Assembly (NCBI RefSeq): GCF_006345805.1 | Contig: NC_043009.1 | Span: forward strand, 69,006,001-69,070,000 | Source: Octopus sinensis | Lineage: Eukaryota | Direction of reading: 5' to 3' | Length of the DNA: 64,000 nucleotides | Part shown: one piece after another, positions 47,631 through 62,046 of the stretch | Position numbering within the stretch: position 1 is the stretch's first letter | Layout of the letters: each line of letters begins with the position of its first letter | Made by a program: the position numbers and the translations under genes | Notes under the pieces: generated by a model | Seen by the model: only the letters and a program-made list of their open reading frames with translations | Database searches by the model: none | What the model was told of the DNA's origin: nothing

Positions 47631-48672
47631 TTAATTAAAATTTGCTGGCTTCAAAACCTTGGCCAAAGCAACTGAGTCAAACAGAGTTATCTGCCCTTCT
47701 CAGGGACACAATATAACCCCTACAATAGAATGCTTGGCCCCTGACTAGCAGCAGGCCAATTGTGCAATGCTCTGGTGTCTGCCTGTCACAATCCTTGTGA
47801 TTCATGATAATCCATATAATAATCTTTTACTGTGGAAATCAGAGATATATCCACTCAAAATTTCATTACCCTTAACTGCAGGAAGCTGTTTTTGTACCAA
47901 TCTGTCTTTTGTTCAGGAATATCATGCTTGAAACCACTTTCTCTTGAGACATGTCAAGTTTATTGAGGCAACGTGATTTGCAGAAAAATACCAATTCTAT
48001 ATATCTTTTTTTTTTTTGTGTCTTGGTAGATATTTCACATTATTACTGCAATAACCATGAAATTTAATTTTGCAGTGAAAAGCTGAATGCAACCCATGTT
48101 CTTCCGTAACTAGGCTTTGTGCAACTCTAAGGGAAGTCAACCGAATGAGGTGAGAAATAAATGATTACGTAGTGGTGAGGGTGGAGGTGTTGGTAGGGAC
48201 GTTTTACTGATAAAGATACAGATTGGTATTTTATTTTCTGGGGCTCCAAAAGGAGGAAATTCAAAGTTAATTTTGCCTGATTTGAACTCAAATCATAAGG
48301 AGCTGAAATATGAAGAAGTTAATTATAATAATTGTTTCTGGTTTAGGTAGAAGACTGGCAATTATGATGGGGCTTGAGTAAATTGGAGGCTTGGTTAAAT
48401 TGATACTATCAACCCCAGTATTTAACTGGTACTCTATTTTATCAACACCAGGGGAATGACAAGTAAAGTTAACCTCAGTGAGACTCGGAATGTAAAGAGC
48501 TGGAAGGAATGCTGCTAGACATTTCTTTCTGCTGATTCTACTGATTCTACCAATCTGTCATCTTAGAATTGTTTGTCATGGAGGCAGAAGACCAGCAATT
48601 TTGATGGGGTGGCTATTTCAACCCATCCACCCTGAAATATAAAGAGCTGGAAGAACTACACGTGTTTTATCC

Positions 48673-48950
48673 CAGTGCTTGCCAAAATTTTTTGGGGCTG
48701 CTGTCCTCTTGACACTCGAGCCACACTCCTAGTGCCCACCTCCACTCCCATTCAGCACCACAAACACAGACAACTTTCTGCAGCAAATTCAAAACAGTTT
48801 TTCACAAATAAAACTTAACCTAATTAACCTGTTATTTCTGGGTGGGTGGGTACACCCATCATCTCCTTTTGGCCACCCTACTATTGCCCTTCTTGATCTT
48901 TCCACCACTCACGGGATGGGGGTGGCACTACTGCCCACCTTGGGAACCTG
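48673..48950. mobile_element. hAT-type MITE (same family as 17008-17308)
   Basis: Perfect 8-bp TSD TTTTATCC (48665-48672, 48951-48958); termini CAGTGCTTGCCAA / TTGGGAACCTG; internal homology to 17008-17308. Confidence 0.85.
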
Positions 48951-50018
48951 TTTTATCCGATGCTCTGTCATCCTTTTAATGTCCACTTTTCCATGCTTGC
49001 ATGGGTCAGACTGAGTTTTTGGAGATAGATTTCCTATGGCAGGATGTTCTTCCTGTCACCAAACATGTTTCCAAGCAAGGTATTATTTCCCTGTGGCCAG
49101 ACAGGTTTTCACTGAATATTGGAAATAAATGACTGACAATCGTTTTACAATATATCATGTGATGTCAAGACAAGGAGACACACACACATACACAACTTCT
49201 TTCAGTTTCCTTCTGCCAAATCCAATCACAAGACTTTGGTCGGCCCAGGGTTATAGTAGAAGACACTGGTCCAAAGTGCCACACAGTGGGACTGAACCCA
49301 GACCCATGTGGTTGGACAGCAAACTTTTCACCACACAGCCATTCTGGTACCTAACCGTTCTGGCAGCCTGTTGCTCTTAATAATTGTTACTAATTTAATC
49401 CTAAGCTCAGCAGATTTGATGGGAGGGGCTTGTGAATACCATCATCATCCCCCAGTACGTGACTGGTATTTTATTTTATCAACCTTGAAAGAACAAAAGA
49501 TGAAGCTTATCTTGGTGGGATTTGAACTCAAAACATCAAGAGCTGTCACAACACTTTAGAATATTTAATTTCCTAATCTTCATGAAATTTTTCAAGCAAC
49601 AGACTGGAGCAGAACCGTTTCTCATTTTATTTTATTTTATTTTATTCATTTATATATATTTTTTGTACAGTCTCTTGGAAATGTTATCATGCTCCGGCTG
49701 CCTTGTTCTATCAATTGTGGATTTAAAAAAAAATTATCAGCTGGTTTTTGTTTTGTTTTTCCTGATTGTTGTTGTTGTTATTTTGTCTTATTCAGTTTCT
49801 CAATTATTTAGTAACGAGATGATCAGAAGACTTGATAACTTTCAGCCTAAATGTAGGCCAATTTCTATTTGTGGTGGTGGTGGTGGTGGCAAAGGTGGTG
49901 TGGTGTATTTTACCTTGATGGTGGTGGTGGCAGTGCTGATGGATGTTGCTGTTGCTTCTTCTTCAGAATTGTCACTCAACCATACTTTCTTCTCAACACA
50001 CCTGAAGCTATCACCATT

Positions 50019-50059
<41 letters not shown>

Positions 50060-50711
50060 GACTAAATTATGTGCCTACATGTCTACCTCTTATGTGTCTC
50101 TATTTCATGTAGCTGTATGTATGAGTTTCTTTATTACCCACAAGGGGCTAAACATAGAGGGGACAAACAAGGAGAGACAAACGGATTAAGTCGATTACAT
50201 TGACCCCAGTACATAACTGGTACTTAATTTATCGACGCCGAAAGAATGACAGGCAAAGTACCAGGCTTAAAATTGAGTGCTGGGTTGATTTATTCAACTA
50301 GACACCTTCAAGGTGGTGCCTGCCCCAGCATGGCCACAGTCCTATGACTAAAACCTGTACGTGTGTATGCATGTCGATTTGAGTGTTCAGAAAGTAACAT
50401 CCCTTTCCTCCCCCCTTCCACTTTCTCCTCTCTCTTTTCCTCTTTCCTTCCTCTCCTCCCCCTTTCCCCCCACCATCACCACCACCAACCTGTCTAATCA
50501 ATACTCCATCTATTAACGAAGTAATGTCTCAGCTTGATTTACTTCAGTCAATAGAACAAACTCTATTTAATAATATTTAATTAAAATACAATGCATCACT
50601 GTTGTCTATCCGTTTTAGGGAATTAGTTACAGGGGCCACAAGAGAAGGCCTTTATTTTCACCATTCATGACCCCAAAGGGGTTCTTCGTTTTGATCTCTT
50701 TACTCATTTGC

Positions 50712-50744
<33 letters not shown>

Positions 50745-51201
50745 ATATATATGCTCACACACAGACAGACATGCATATTCATACACATACATGTGTGTGC
50801 ATCATCATCATCATCAGTCTATTTTCCATGCTAGCAAGCTAGGGAGCTGCGTCAGGCTCCGGTTGTCTGTTCTGGCAAGGTTTCTACAGCAGGATGCCCC
50901 TCCTAACCCCAACCACTCCACAGTGTGCTGTTGCTTTTACGTAGAGCCACCACCAGTGCTATATACATGGCACCAGTGTGGGTGCTTTCTATGTGGCACC
51001 CAGAAAGTTTTCCCATCCTCAGTGGTGAGGGATAGAAACCTCAAACGCAACCACTGCTCCTTGCTACACATTGCACTCCTTCATGTCACCATTCCATCTT
51101 TGTCTCAGATAAAATTCTTACTCTATATTTCGTTGCCTTTGGATTTTCTGGAGTTCTTCACCAATATAAAAACATTTTGTTAACCTCGTGTTTTTAGTAT
51201 T

Positions 51202-51232
<31 letters not shown>

Positions 51233-51749
51233 CCTGGGAAGTATTTTGCCAAGATTGATAATTCTTTATTGATAACACACACACACACTTATACATATAT
51301 ACATGCATATATATATACATATGTATCTATATATATATACGTCTAACATATATATATATACACATACGTATGTATATATATATATATATACATATGTATG
51401 TATATATATACATATGTATATATATACATACGTATGTATATATATACATACGTATGTATATATATATATATATATATATTAGACGTACATAAATATATGA
51501 TCCTTCATGTGTTATGTTGTTGTGTCAGGTTATTAATTGTCAACTCTGCAGCTAACCGTTTCCAGCGCCTCATTCCTCACACTTCCACACCGTATCACGT
51601 ATCAAGCCATCTGTCTTATCGTTAGACAGTTTTGTTTTGAGGGTCGACTACCTGTTGAGAATGCTTTTCCTGTTCATATGCAACAGCGAGGTTACTATAT
51701 AAACGTGTGTGCGCATACTTTCACCCGTGTGTGTATGTGTGTGTACACG

Positions 51750-51798
<49 letters not shown>

Positions 51799-53600
51799 TG
51801 GCACACTTATGTATGCCTATATGCTTACACATATATGTTTTCCTTGCCTGAAGCTGTTAGACAATTTACCACGATAAAGCAAAAGCAAAATAAAAACAAA
51901 AAACGACAATATTGCCCGATATATTGGCTGTATTGAATGACGTAAATGAATTTTGGATTCTATTAATAATTTCTGCAGCTATTAACTCTCTATTTACTCT
52001 CCACTTACGCTCTATTAACTCTCTATTTAAACTCTATATTCCAGCCTTACTCTCTTGACGTGTTGCCTTGTTTTTCTTTGTTTCAATTCTTTTCCACTTT
52101 CTTATCTCTTTTTGTTTATTGTTTTTTTTTTGTTTTTAGTGCATGATATTTTTGTTTTCGTTTACCATTCTGTACAATGATGAAAGAATGCAACCGTGGA
52201 AGGAAACTCTATACAGTTGCTTGACATGCTAGAAATAGCAGCCTAATCTCTGCTGTTCACCGTCTACTGTCTCACAAAAGTAAGAAAGACTTAATCTAGT
52301 CCTGTATAGACTGTACCTAATAATAAGATGCGATGGCCATTATAGGAATGTCTTTACTCCTTTGCCTGTCCAAAGCTTTTTCCTATGTCTGTCCTAAACA
52401 TCCGTGCTTGTATTCATACTCTGAAGTCTTCCCTTGTCGCATATGAAAAGAAATTTTTATATTACTCGGAGTATAAGTCCCAAGTTACTCCAATGGTTGA
52501 TAAAAACATTGGGAATCTGTACAATAATACGATGCATGGACCCTGGGGAAAGGTCCTGTGTGACACATGGGTTAGACAGGAGAGACAAAGGGTTAGTCAT
52601 GGGTCTGCAGAATTAAACAACAATAAACAACCTGACAAAGAAAAGCTAAAAAAGGAACAAAAAGCTTAAATTTCTGTTTTACATCTTTTTTATTCCATAA
52701 CCGAGGAGTTCTATAATTATTCTCTCCAATATGTTACTGGGCAAATTTTGCAAAGAGTATAGGCGGCACGCTGGCAGAATCGTTTCGGTTTTTTATTAAT
52801 CTTTGTTTGCTGGACCAAATGCTTATTGGCATTTCGTCTGTCTGAGTTCAAATCCTGCGGAGGTCGACTTGGGATCGAAAAATAAATACCATCTGAGCAC
52901 TGGGGTTGATGTAAACGACTTATGCCCTCCCCGAATTGCTGGCCTTGTGCCAAAATTTGAAACCAATATGTTATCGACCTTGGAGATGAAAGACAGTTCT
53001 AACCTCTGTTTGGATTTTGAACACAAATGTTAAGCACTGGGTTAGATCTCATAAGGAATACTAGTCAGGACTCTAACAGTTGTACCAAACATTTTCCATT
53101 CTATACTTAGGTAAATATTATCTCCTTAAATTAGCCCTACAGGTATTCTCTTGTGATTAGACTGTGCTACGTTAATCTGTCTTATCACATTACTATTCAG
53201 TCTACCTTCCTACCTACAAAATATCCTTTTTTACTTCCTACCTGTGATCATTCCTTTACCTACAAAATTTCCCCCTTCCTACCTGTGATCATTCCTTCAC
53301 TCATGATCCGGCAGTCAGCCTCCTACTCTCTTACCTGCTTCCAAACCCCTCATCAGTCTCCAATTCTCTCCTCTACCCATTACTCTTTTATTCTATCACC
53401 AGCCCTTTCATCTGCCTAGAATTCCTTCTCCACTGTCTCTTAAGTCTCTCATGAGCCCCAGGACACTTCAATCTGAATAACTGACATTACAACACCTCCC
53501 ACCTGGATGGGATGCCAGTCTGTTGCAAGGTTAACTTACCAGCAATTGTTGGAAATCATTTACAGCTGACTTAACTGGAGCAACATGAAATGACCTGGCT

Positions 53601-53870
53601 CTCTGCTAAGTGACAATGACGAAGATTCCAGTTGATCCGATCAACAGAACAGCCTTCTCATGGAATTAACGTGCAAGTGCTGAACTCTCCTGAAAACATG
53701 CAGAGCCTTAACATAGTTCTCAGGGAGATCCAGTGTGACACAGAATGTGACAAGGCTGGCCCCTTTGAAATGCAGGTACAACTTATTTTTGCCAGCCGAG
53801 TGGACTGGAGCAACATGAAATAAAGTGTCTTGCTCAAGCACCCAATGCACTGCCTAGCAATTAAGCTCCC
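53601..53870 (-). mobile_element. SINE family E
   Basis: Homologous to 19411-19716. Confidence 0.8.
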
Positions 53871-55839
53871 CATCTTATAATCATCAGCCAAAACATGGAA
53901 TATTTTACTCAAAAACACAATGCACCACTTGGTTCTGGAATTGAAACCATGCTATAACAATTGTCAGTGCAACACCCTGTCATTAGGCCACACAGCTTCA
54001 TCTACTGTCCCTTAATTTCCCTACAATCCTTAATCTTCAAAACTATCCTTCTAGGAGTTCACTGATGCTATATCTTCTCCCCCAAATGCTGCGTTCCTTC
54101 CACACAGCTCAAAAGATCATGGATTTCTAAAGAACGGAAGTGAACAGCGCTGTTGGAAATGGCTTCTAAAGAAAGGCCGATGCATCAGGCTTCACTCTCC
54201 TCTTTCTTACTTTCAACAAAATTAATCTCTTGTCCTGTCTTTTGAAAACCTTCTTAAATATATGTTTTGCTTTATTTTTTTTTTTTCAGAAATAAAAATA
54301 GCTAACTAGTTAGTAATCCTTATTTTAAATTTTTCTTTGAAATTTCTTACAATGTGTGTGTGTTTATACGTACATACATGTGTGTGTTTATACGTACATA
54401 CATACATGTGTGTGTATAATGAGTTAAGCCTATTGTGCTGAACACTGTCTGGTGCACCTAGCTGACAAGAAGCATGCAACTGCAATCAACAACCAAGAAA
54501 ATAAGAAGAAAGAAAATCTGTAGCCATTAAATAATTACTGCACCTGAACAACTTAGTATTATTCTCATTATTGCACCTGGATGACTTGCATCGTTCCATA
54601 TGAAGATGACTTTACAAGAGCTATAAAAAAAGACAAAATTTACACACACACACACATATATGATGTATTTATTAATTTCTTTGTTTTACCGTTTCTTTAT
54701 GTTTCTGTCAAGGCTATTATTCTTACCTGTCTCCAAGAGATTGACATATTGTCTTGTTCAGATCATTTACAGTAGTTATTCAAACATGCTCGCTACCACT
54801 GAAAACGAAACTGGTGGAATTTCATTCTGTTCTTCACCGTTATTTTAAGACTTGACACTCATACTTCAATATTTTAACACACACAATCATAACTTCTGAC
54901 GTCGATTCACCAGGAATAAAGTAAAATGAAATGAAATAAAAATAGATAAATTGATAATAAGAAAAAAAAACAAGGTAATGATTTATTGATTTTTAAAAGG
55001 TAGAAACGTATACCATTGATAGAATTAATGTTAGTTTATCATAGGTAAATATTTTAACGACCACCAGAGGAATGGTTTGTTAGCCTCACTCCATGCATGC
55101 TGCATGGGAGAATGTGAGCTCACATTTGTCTGTGAAGGGTTTGAATTTGGTCAGACTGAATCAAAGTCATAGTGGCCCTTACCTAGGTGGACATACACAG
55201 TGTCTTTTAACCGTTACTGTTTACTTGTCTCAGTCATTAGACTGTGGCCATGCTGGGGCATGACCTTGAAAAATTTTAGTTGAAGAAATCAACCCCAATG
55301 CTTTTTTTTAAGCTTTGTACTTATTCTATCAATCTATTTTGCCGAACTGCTAAGTTACATGGACTTAAACACACCAACACCAATCAAGAAGCAGTGGTGG
55401 GGTCAAACACAGACACTGAAACTTCTCAAGCATCCTGTCCTGCATGCTAACAGTTCTGCCACCTCACAACCTTTCTGATAATAATAATAATAATTTTCTA
55501 GTATAGGCACAAGGCCTGAAATTTTCAGGGAGGAAGCTAGTTGATTACCAGTAGTCAACTGGTATTTATTTTATTGACCTTGAGAGGATGAAAGGCAAAG
55601 TCAAGCTCGATGGAATTTGAACTCGGAATCTGAAGATGAATGAAATACTGCTGAGCATTTTGTCCAGTTTACTAACGATTCTGCTCGCTTGTTGTCTTAA
55701 TAATATTAAGAAGAAGAAGAAGAGTCCTCCGCAGGGTTCTTGAAGCAGGATCTGTAAACAAGTATCACCTCAATCTTCTGGCTGTGGGCATCTGACACTT
55801 TCCATCAAATTATAATAATAATAATAATAATAATTCCCT

Positions 55840-56223
55840 TATTCTTTTGCTTCTTTCAGTCATTTGACTGTGGCCATGCTGGAGCACCACCTTTTAGTCG
55901 ATCAAATCGACCCCAGGACTTATTCTTTGTAAGCCTAGTACTTATTCTATCATTCTCTTTTGCCAAACCGCTAAGTTACGGGGACGTAAACACACCAGCA
56001 TCAGTTGTCAAGCGGTGTTGGGGGGACAAACACAGACACACACGCACACACACATATATATACATACAATGGGCTTCTTTCAGTTTCCGTCTACGAAATC
56101 CACTCACAAGGCTTTGGTCAGCCCGAGGCTATAGTAGAAGACACTTGCCCAAGTGCCATACAGTGGGACTGAACTCGGAACCATGAGGCTGGTAAGCAAG
56201 CTACTTACCACACATCCACTCCT
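55840..56223 (-). mobile_element. SINE family A, full length, flanked by (AAT)n
   Basis: Close match to the family consensus seen in other copies; (TAA)n on both sides. Confidence 0.9.
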
Positions 56224-56628
56224 GTACCTAATAATAATAATAATAATAATAATTTCTAATATTGATTTAAGGCCCTAAATTTTGAAGGCAGATTAGGTCA
56301 AAATTAATCCTAGTATTTAATTAGGACTTTAATTGACCTGAAGGACAAAAGGCAATGCAAGACATTTTGTCAAACACTTTGCCGTTTCTGTCTTCCATAA
56401 TCCTTAAGAACAATAAAAATGGTTTCTAAATGGTTTGAAATTTGAAGGATGGTACTGTTGATGAAATCAACCTCTGTACTTCACCTTATTGATGCTGGAA
56501 AGATGCAAGAGAAAGTTGACATCTGTTGGATGTGACCTCAGAAGATAAAAGGCCATAATTAGATCCCTTGAGGTAATTTAACCAATCTTTTCACCACACG
56601 TTGGTGTAACACTTAATGGTAATAATCT

Positions 56629-56856
56629 GGCGAGCTGGCAGACACACTAGTGCGCTGGGCGAAATACTTGGCGGTATTTCGTTTGCCGTTATGTCCTGAA
56701 TTCAAATTCCACCGAGGTCGACTTTGCCTTTTATCCTTACGGAGGCGATAAATTAAGTACCAGTTACGCACTGGGGTCGATGTAATCGACTTAATCCGTT
56801 TGTCTGTCCTTGTTTGTCTCCTCTGTGTTTAGCCCCTTGTGAGTAGTAAAGAAATA
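56629..56856 (+). mobile_element. SINE family B, full length
   Basis: 11-bp TSD GGTA(A/G)TAATCT (56618-56628, 56857-56867). Confidence 0.9.
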
Positions 56857-56999
56857 GGTAGTAATCTTTGTTTTTGCCAGTAGGGGGCACAGACGAGGGA
56901 ATGATACAAGAACAAGTTAGAAGAAGTAGGGGGTGGTGTTTACACAGAAATCAGATGAATGGAAAAGAAATAAAAAACGTGATATATAGATGCACACAT

Positions 57000-57355
57000 G
57001 ACTAGTAAGAAGCTTGCTTCCTAACCACATGGTTGTGGGTTCAGTCCCACTGTGTGACACCTTGGGCAAGAATCTTCTACTACAGCCTCAAGGGAGCAAA
57101 GCTTTTGAGTGGATTTCGTTGGCAGAAACTGAAAGAAACCCATTGTGTGTGCGTTTGTCCCCCACCACCACTTGATAACTGGTATTGGTGTGTTTATGTC
57201 CCTGTAACTTAGCAGTTCTGCAAAAGAGACCAATAGAATAGGTACCAGGCTTAAAAATAATGAGTCCTAGGTTTGAGTCCTTTGACTCAGGTGCTTCAAA
57301 GTACTGCCCCAGCATGGCCATGGTCTAATGACTGAAACAAGTGAAAGATAAAAGA
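57000..57355 (+). mobile_element. SINE family A
   Basis: GTAAGAAGCTTGCTTCCTAACCACATGG...AATGACTGAAACAAGTGAAAGATAAAAGA. Confidence 0.85.
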
Positions 57356-59794
57356 TACAGTATCCAAATAGGTTACCGTTCTCCAAGAGGAGGATTATCA
57401 CTTAAGGTCGACAAAGGAATTCCACAGATTCAGGATTATTCTGTGAGTCTAAAGTCCTCTCTCTCTCTCAATTGTTGTTCCCTGGCCTATAGACACATAC
57501 TAAGAGTTAGGCCCATCCATCTGGGTCTTGCTTGAGGGTCCACTGTCCTTCTCCATTGTTACATCCCTTTCTTAGTGAACCCTGGAAAAGTCAATGTGGT
57601 CTTGGTTGAAGGGGTCAGTGGCTGTCCTCATTCCTTTCAGTTATGTCCTTCAATCAGCCTCTTTTGCCGTAGCCGATAGAGGAAAACTACCTATTTTTCT
57701 TTGTTGAAGAAAGGTGACTAGGCAACCCTCATGAAGGACTCAACCAACGGCTGCATCCATGGTCCTCCATGTGATGGCAGCAGCTGTTCAACAGAATTCC
57801 ATAAAGTCAGTAATTCTTGGATGCTGACTGCTTTTGTCACTCTGTGTGCATCTCTTGTACAGATCTTTGTAGGGTTTGCCTCTCACCAGCAAAACCCTGT
57901 CCTCAACATCAGATTAAGACCCATAGAGGCCATAAGCACTTAAAAGATTTTGGTGCCGCCATGCATATATGTAATTTAAAATATAAACAATAACAAACCA
58001 TGAAATAAATTTTTTTTTCAAAACGAAACAAAACTAACAGCAAGATGGAAAATGATGTTTAGTTTTGTATTCTTCCACTTTAATTAGATTTGAAAAGTTT
58101 TCTCCTCCTTTTTTTAATTGCAAAGTCTTTGATCAGATCCTCTCCATGAAGACTTTGAAATTATATTTCTTATCATGTAAATCACTTTGTTATTTAAGCA
58201 ACTTTAAAGTGATTTCTTTTGTGCTGTAGACCATTTACCATTTTTGTGATGCTCCACCCTTCCCATAATACATTAAGCACGTGCTTATTTTGTTTAATGG
58301 TTAATCCAACAGAACCCTGTCCCCTATATCACAACTAGAACAGGGATTGCAGAAAATTTGTCATAGACCCCCACCAGATCAAAAATTCTTTGAGATAGAC
58401 CAACCAGTTGATTTTTGTCAACTCCCAGAGGCTCTCCCCCAACCAAATCTCTTTGATCTTTCTACCAATGCTCTGTGATAGAATGCTAATGTGCAAATTT
58501 CACCAGCTGCATTGCACAATTGGTTGAAGGCTAAGTGCAGCTGACACCATTCAAGATTGCAGGTGCCTGGCACTGGTTTTGTTAACTCTGCTGATAATGA
58601 TAAAGTGAAAAATTGCTTTCCTTTCTCTCGTTATTCTTATGAAATTTAAGATAATTGATAATGATCATACATAGTTTGTGTGTATGTGTGTGTGTCCCTT
58701 TTATATAAGTAGCTGTTCACTTTGCTACTCTCACACTCACACAGACAAGAAAGTCATATGTGGAATGCTTTTGATCGCAGGCTCTGATTCGGAGTTAAAA
58801 CAACACATTTATATACACCCACATAGACACACACACACACACTGCTTATCACTGCTAGTTATACATTGCGTGCTTCTGTCATTTGCTGGACAGGTTCACT
58901 AAAACCTTGAGAGGAAAAAGAGACAGAAAGAGAGACAGAGAGAGAGAGAGAGAAGGGGGGAGAGAGAGAGAAAGAGGGTGAAGTGAAAATTAGTGGAGGG
59001 TTGGGAGGGGCACGAGTGGGTGGGTGTTCTTAAAGTACCATATCAATGCCAACACAATGTTTTATTGATTCTTAAGCTTTTCCTCTCCATAATGCCTGAT
59101 GCCGAAAAAGCAGGGCTGGAATTAGACTTTTTATCATTTTCTCTTTCCTTTCCTTTTTTTTCTTTTGTCTCTGTTCCTGTTTTCTTTCCTCTCTTTTCTT
59201 CTGTTGGACCAATTCCAGCCTGCATATTCCTTACTGTTATTGATTAGGTAAACTGCAGATAAGTGTGTGTGAGAATATATGGCTCTATGTGGATGTACTT
59301 TTGAATTTATTGCATGTAACTATTCTTAAGAACATCATAAGGTTGTGAATGTGTATATGCTCCATACACACACACACAGAAGTGTGACTACTACCCCTGT
59401 GTGTCTATGTATGTATATATATATATATACACACACACATATGAAATTTATTATAGGTGGGGAAACTACATGAGTAGCTCAAGGGCCGAGGGTTTTATGT
59501 GAATGCACTTACAACATTTTCATGGAACCCTCAATTCTCGAGTCCTTGATGTATATTCTTAGCGATAATAAAATAATATAAGCATGCTATTTTACGCATC
59601 AAGTTCTCGTTCTTCTGTTTATATAAACAATCTTTATACACACACATCCACACAAAACCTATCTCCATCATTTTGATTTATTACTCTACATTTAGATATG
59701 AACAATAAATGTCTGGTTTTATAGCATGTATTCACACACACATACATTAGCACATATTCACTTACTTCTGCCTTTCTCTTGCTCTCTCTTTTTT

Positions 59795-59820
59795 TGTGTG
59801 TGTGTGTTTGTGTATGTATA

Positions 59821-59879
<59 letters not shown>

Positions 59880-60789
59880 ATATATATATATGTGTGTGTG
59901 TGTATATATATATATGTGTGTGTGTGTGTATATATATATGTGTGTGTGTGTGTATATATATATGTGTGTGTGTGTATATATATATATATGTGTGTGTATA
60001 TATATATATATGTGTGTGTATATATATATATATGTGTGTGTGTGTATATATATATGTGTGTGTGTGTATATATATATATATGTGTGTGTATATATATATA
60101 TATGTGTGTGTATATATATATATATTGTGTGTGTGTATATATATATATGTGTGTGTGTATATATATATATATGTGTGTGTGTATATATATATATGTGTGT
60201 GTGTATATTATATATATGTGTGTGTGTATATATATATTGTGTGTGTGTATATATATATGTGTGGTTTATATATATATATGTGTGTGTATATATATATATA
60301 TATGTGTGTGTGTATATATATATGTGTGTGTGTGTATATATATATATATGTGTGTGTATATATATATATATGTGTGTGTATATATATATATGTGTGTGTG
60401 TGTATATATATATATGTGTGTGTATATATATATATATGTGTGTGTGTATATATATATGTGTGTGTGTATATATATATATGTGTGTGTGTATATATATATG
60501 TGTGTGTGTATATATATGTGTGTGTGTGTATATATATATGTGTGTGTATATATATATATGTGTGTGTATATGTGTGTGTGTGTTATATATATATTGTGTG
60601 TGTATATATATATATATGTGGTGTATATATATATATATGTGTGTGTATATATATATATATGTGTGTGTTATATATATATATGTGTGGTATATATATTATA
60701 TGTGTGTGTGTGTATATATATATAATGTGTATATATATATATATGTGTGTGTGTGTGTATATATATATGTATATATATATATATGTGTG

Positions 60790-60861
<72 letters not shown>

Positions 60862-60899
60862 GTGTGTGTATATATGTGTGTGTATATATATATATATAG
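59795..60899. repeat. ~1.1-kb compound (TA)n(TG)m microsatellite
   Basis: Direct reading: alternating blocks of TA and TG dinucleotides with a ~20-24 nt super-period. Confidence 0.97.
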
Positions 60900-60944
60900 C
60901 TCTCTCTCTCTCGTTTGCTATCTTTATCTCCCCCTCTGCTACCC

Positions 60945-61977
60945 ACATGCCAAAAGTAATGTGCTTTTTTCAATTGCATGAACTAAATGTAGTAATTTTA
61001 CCTTGTACTTATTCTTAGTGCAAGTTTTGAAGAGTGCAGTTCGATTTTAACAGTTATTTTTTCAAGGCTATAATGAAAGTGACAAAGGAGCGTATTTGGC
61101 ATATTTTGCTTTATGAATTCAATAAAGGCAACAACGCAACGGAAACTGCGAGGAATATTTATGCAGTATATGGGGATCGGACAATAAGTGTAAGCCAGTG
61201 TCAGCGGTGGTTCCAGAAATAATTCCTAGCTGGAAACTACAGCCTAGAAGACAAGCCTCATCCTGGAAGATCTGAAGAGCTCAATGAGGAAATCCTGCAG
61301 ACTGCAAAAAGTGACTGACTGCTTTTCTTTGCTGCCATGTCTCACAAATGAACCTGTTTTGGACTGAATGGTGACTGGTGAAAAGAAATGGGTTATCTAT
61401 AAAAATGTCAAGTGCCGAAGACAGCGGCCTTCACCCATGTAAGATGTTGTCATCTCTTTGATGGGATATGAAAGGTTTAGTCCACTTTGAGCTTTTAAAC
61501 CTCAACCAAATGATAACAAAGGAGATCTACTGTAAGCAGCTTAAGTCAGCCCTAGAAGGAAAATGACCATCTTTGGTTTCAAGAGTAAAAGGTGTTCTTC
61601 CATCAGGATAATGCTCGGCCACATACAGCGAGGATGACATTCCAAAGGCCAGAGCAGTTTGAATGGGGAAACGAAGCCCTACCCGCCATATTTGCCGGAC
61701 ATTGCCCCATCTGATTATCATTTATTCCACAGTCTTCGTTAGGATGGGAAAAATATGAATTCTGTAGACGAGGTCAGAACAGTACTGGAGGAGTATTTTT
61801 CACCACAGACAAGTGAATTTTAGAAGAGGGGCCTTGCAAGTCTAGCAGAGAGATGAAAGAGCATTGTAGAAAATGAAGGAGAGTATATTTTAGATTAGGA
61901 AAGAATTTTGTTTATCTTAATTGTGAAAAATAAAAGAAGTATAAAAAAAACCACATTATTTACGGGATCACGCACTA
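60945..61977 (+). mobile_element. Degenerate mariner element, family 2, with a disrupted transposase (ATG 61073 to TAG 61898)
   Basis: N-terminal HTH MKVTKERIWHILLYEFNKGNNATETARNIYAVYGDRTISVSQCQRWFQK; VTGEKKW for VTGDEKW; FHQDNARPHT; PPYLPDIAPSDYHLF; degenerate right TIR CACATTATTTACGGGATCACGCACTA; multiple frameshifts and stops. Confidence 0.92.
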
Positions 61978-62046
61978 CAATCACAGATAACATGTTTATG
62001 TGTGTCTAAGAAATATATTTATTACTTTTTACCTCAATATAATAAA

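Noticed and set aside
49522-50058. 178-aa hydrophobic ORF resembling a membrane protein
   Set aside because: Built from T-rich, (GTT)n, (GGT)n and (CT)n low-complexity tracts; starts at TTG within a SINE remnant.
53210-53300. Short direct duplications (here, 51980-52035, 54353-54416, 63819/63952)
   Set aside because: Ordinary two-copy slippage duplications with no further structure.
47756-58523. 15-nt inverted match CCAATTGTGCAATGC / GCATTGCACAATTGG about 10.7 kb apart
   Set aside because: Isolated matches of this length are expected by chance in a 64-kb AT-rich window; no extension.
59726-61018. Longest ORFs (430, 400 and 309 aa; Cys/Val/Tyr/Ile-rich)
   Set aside because: Translations of the (TA)n(TG)m array; alternating purine-pyrimidine sequence cannot contain stop codons.
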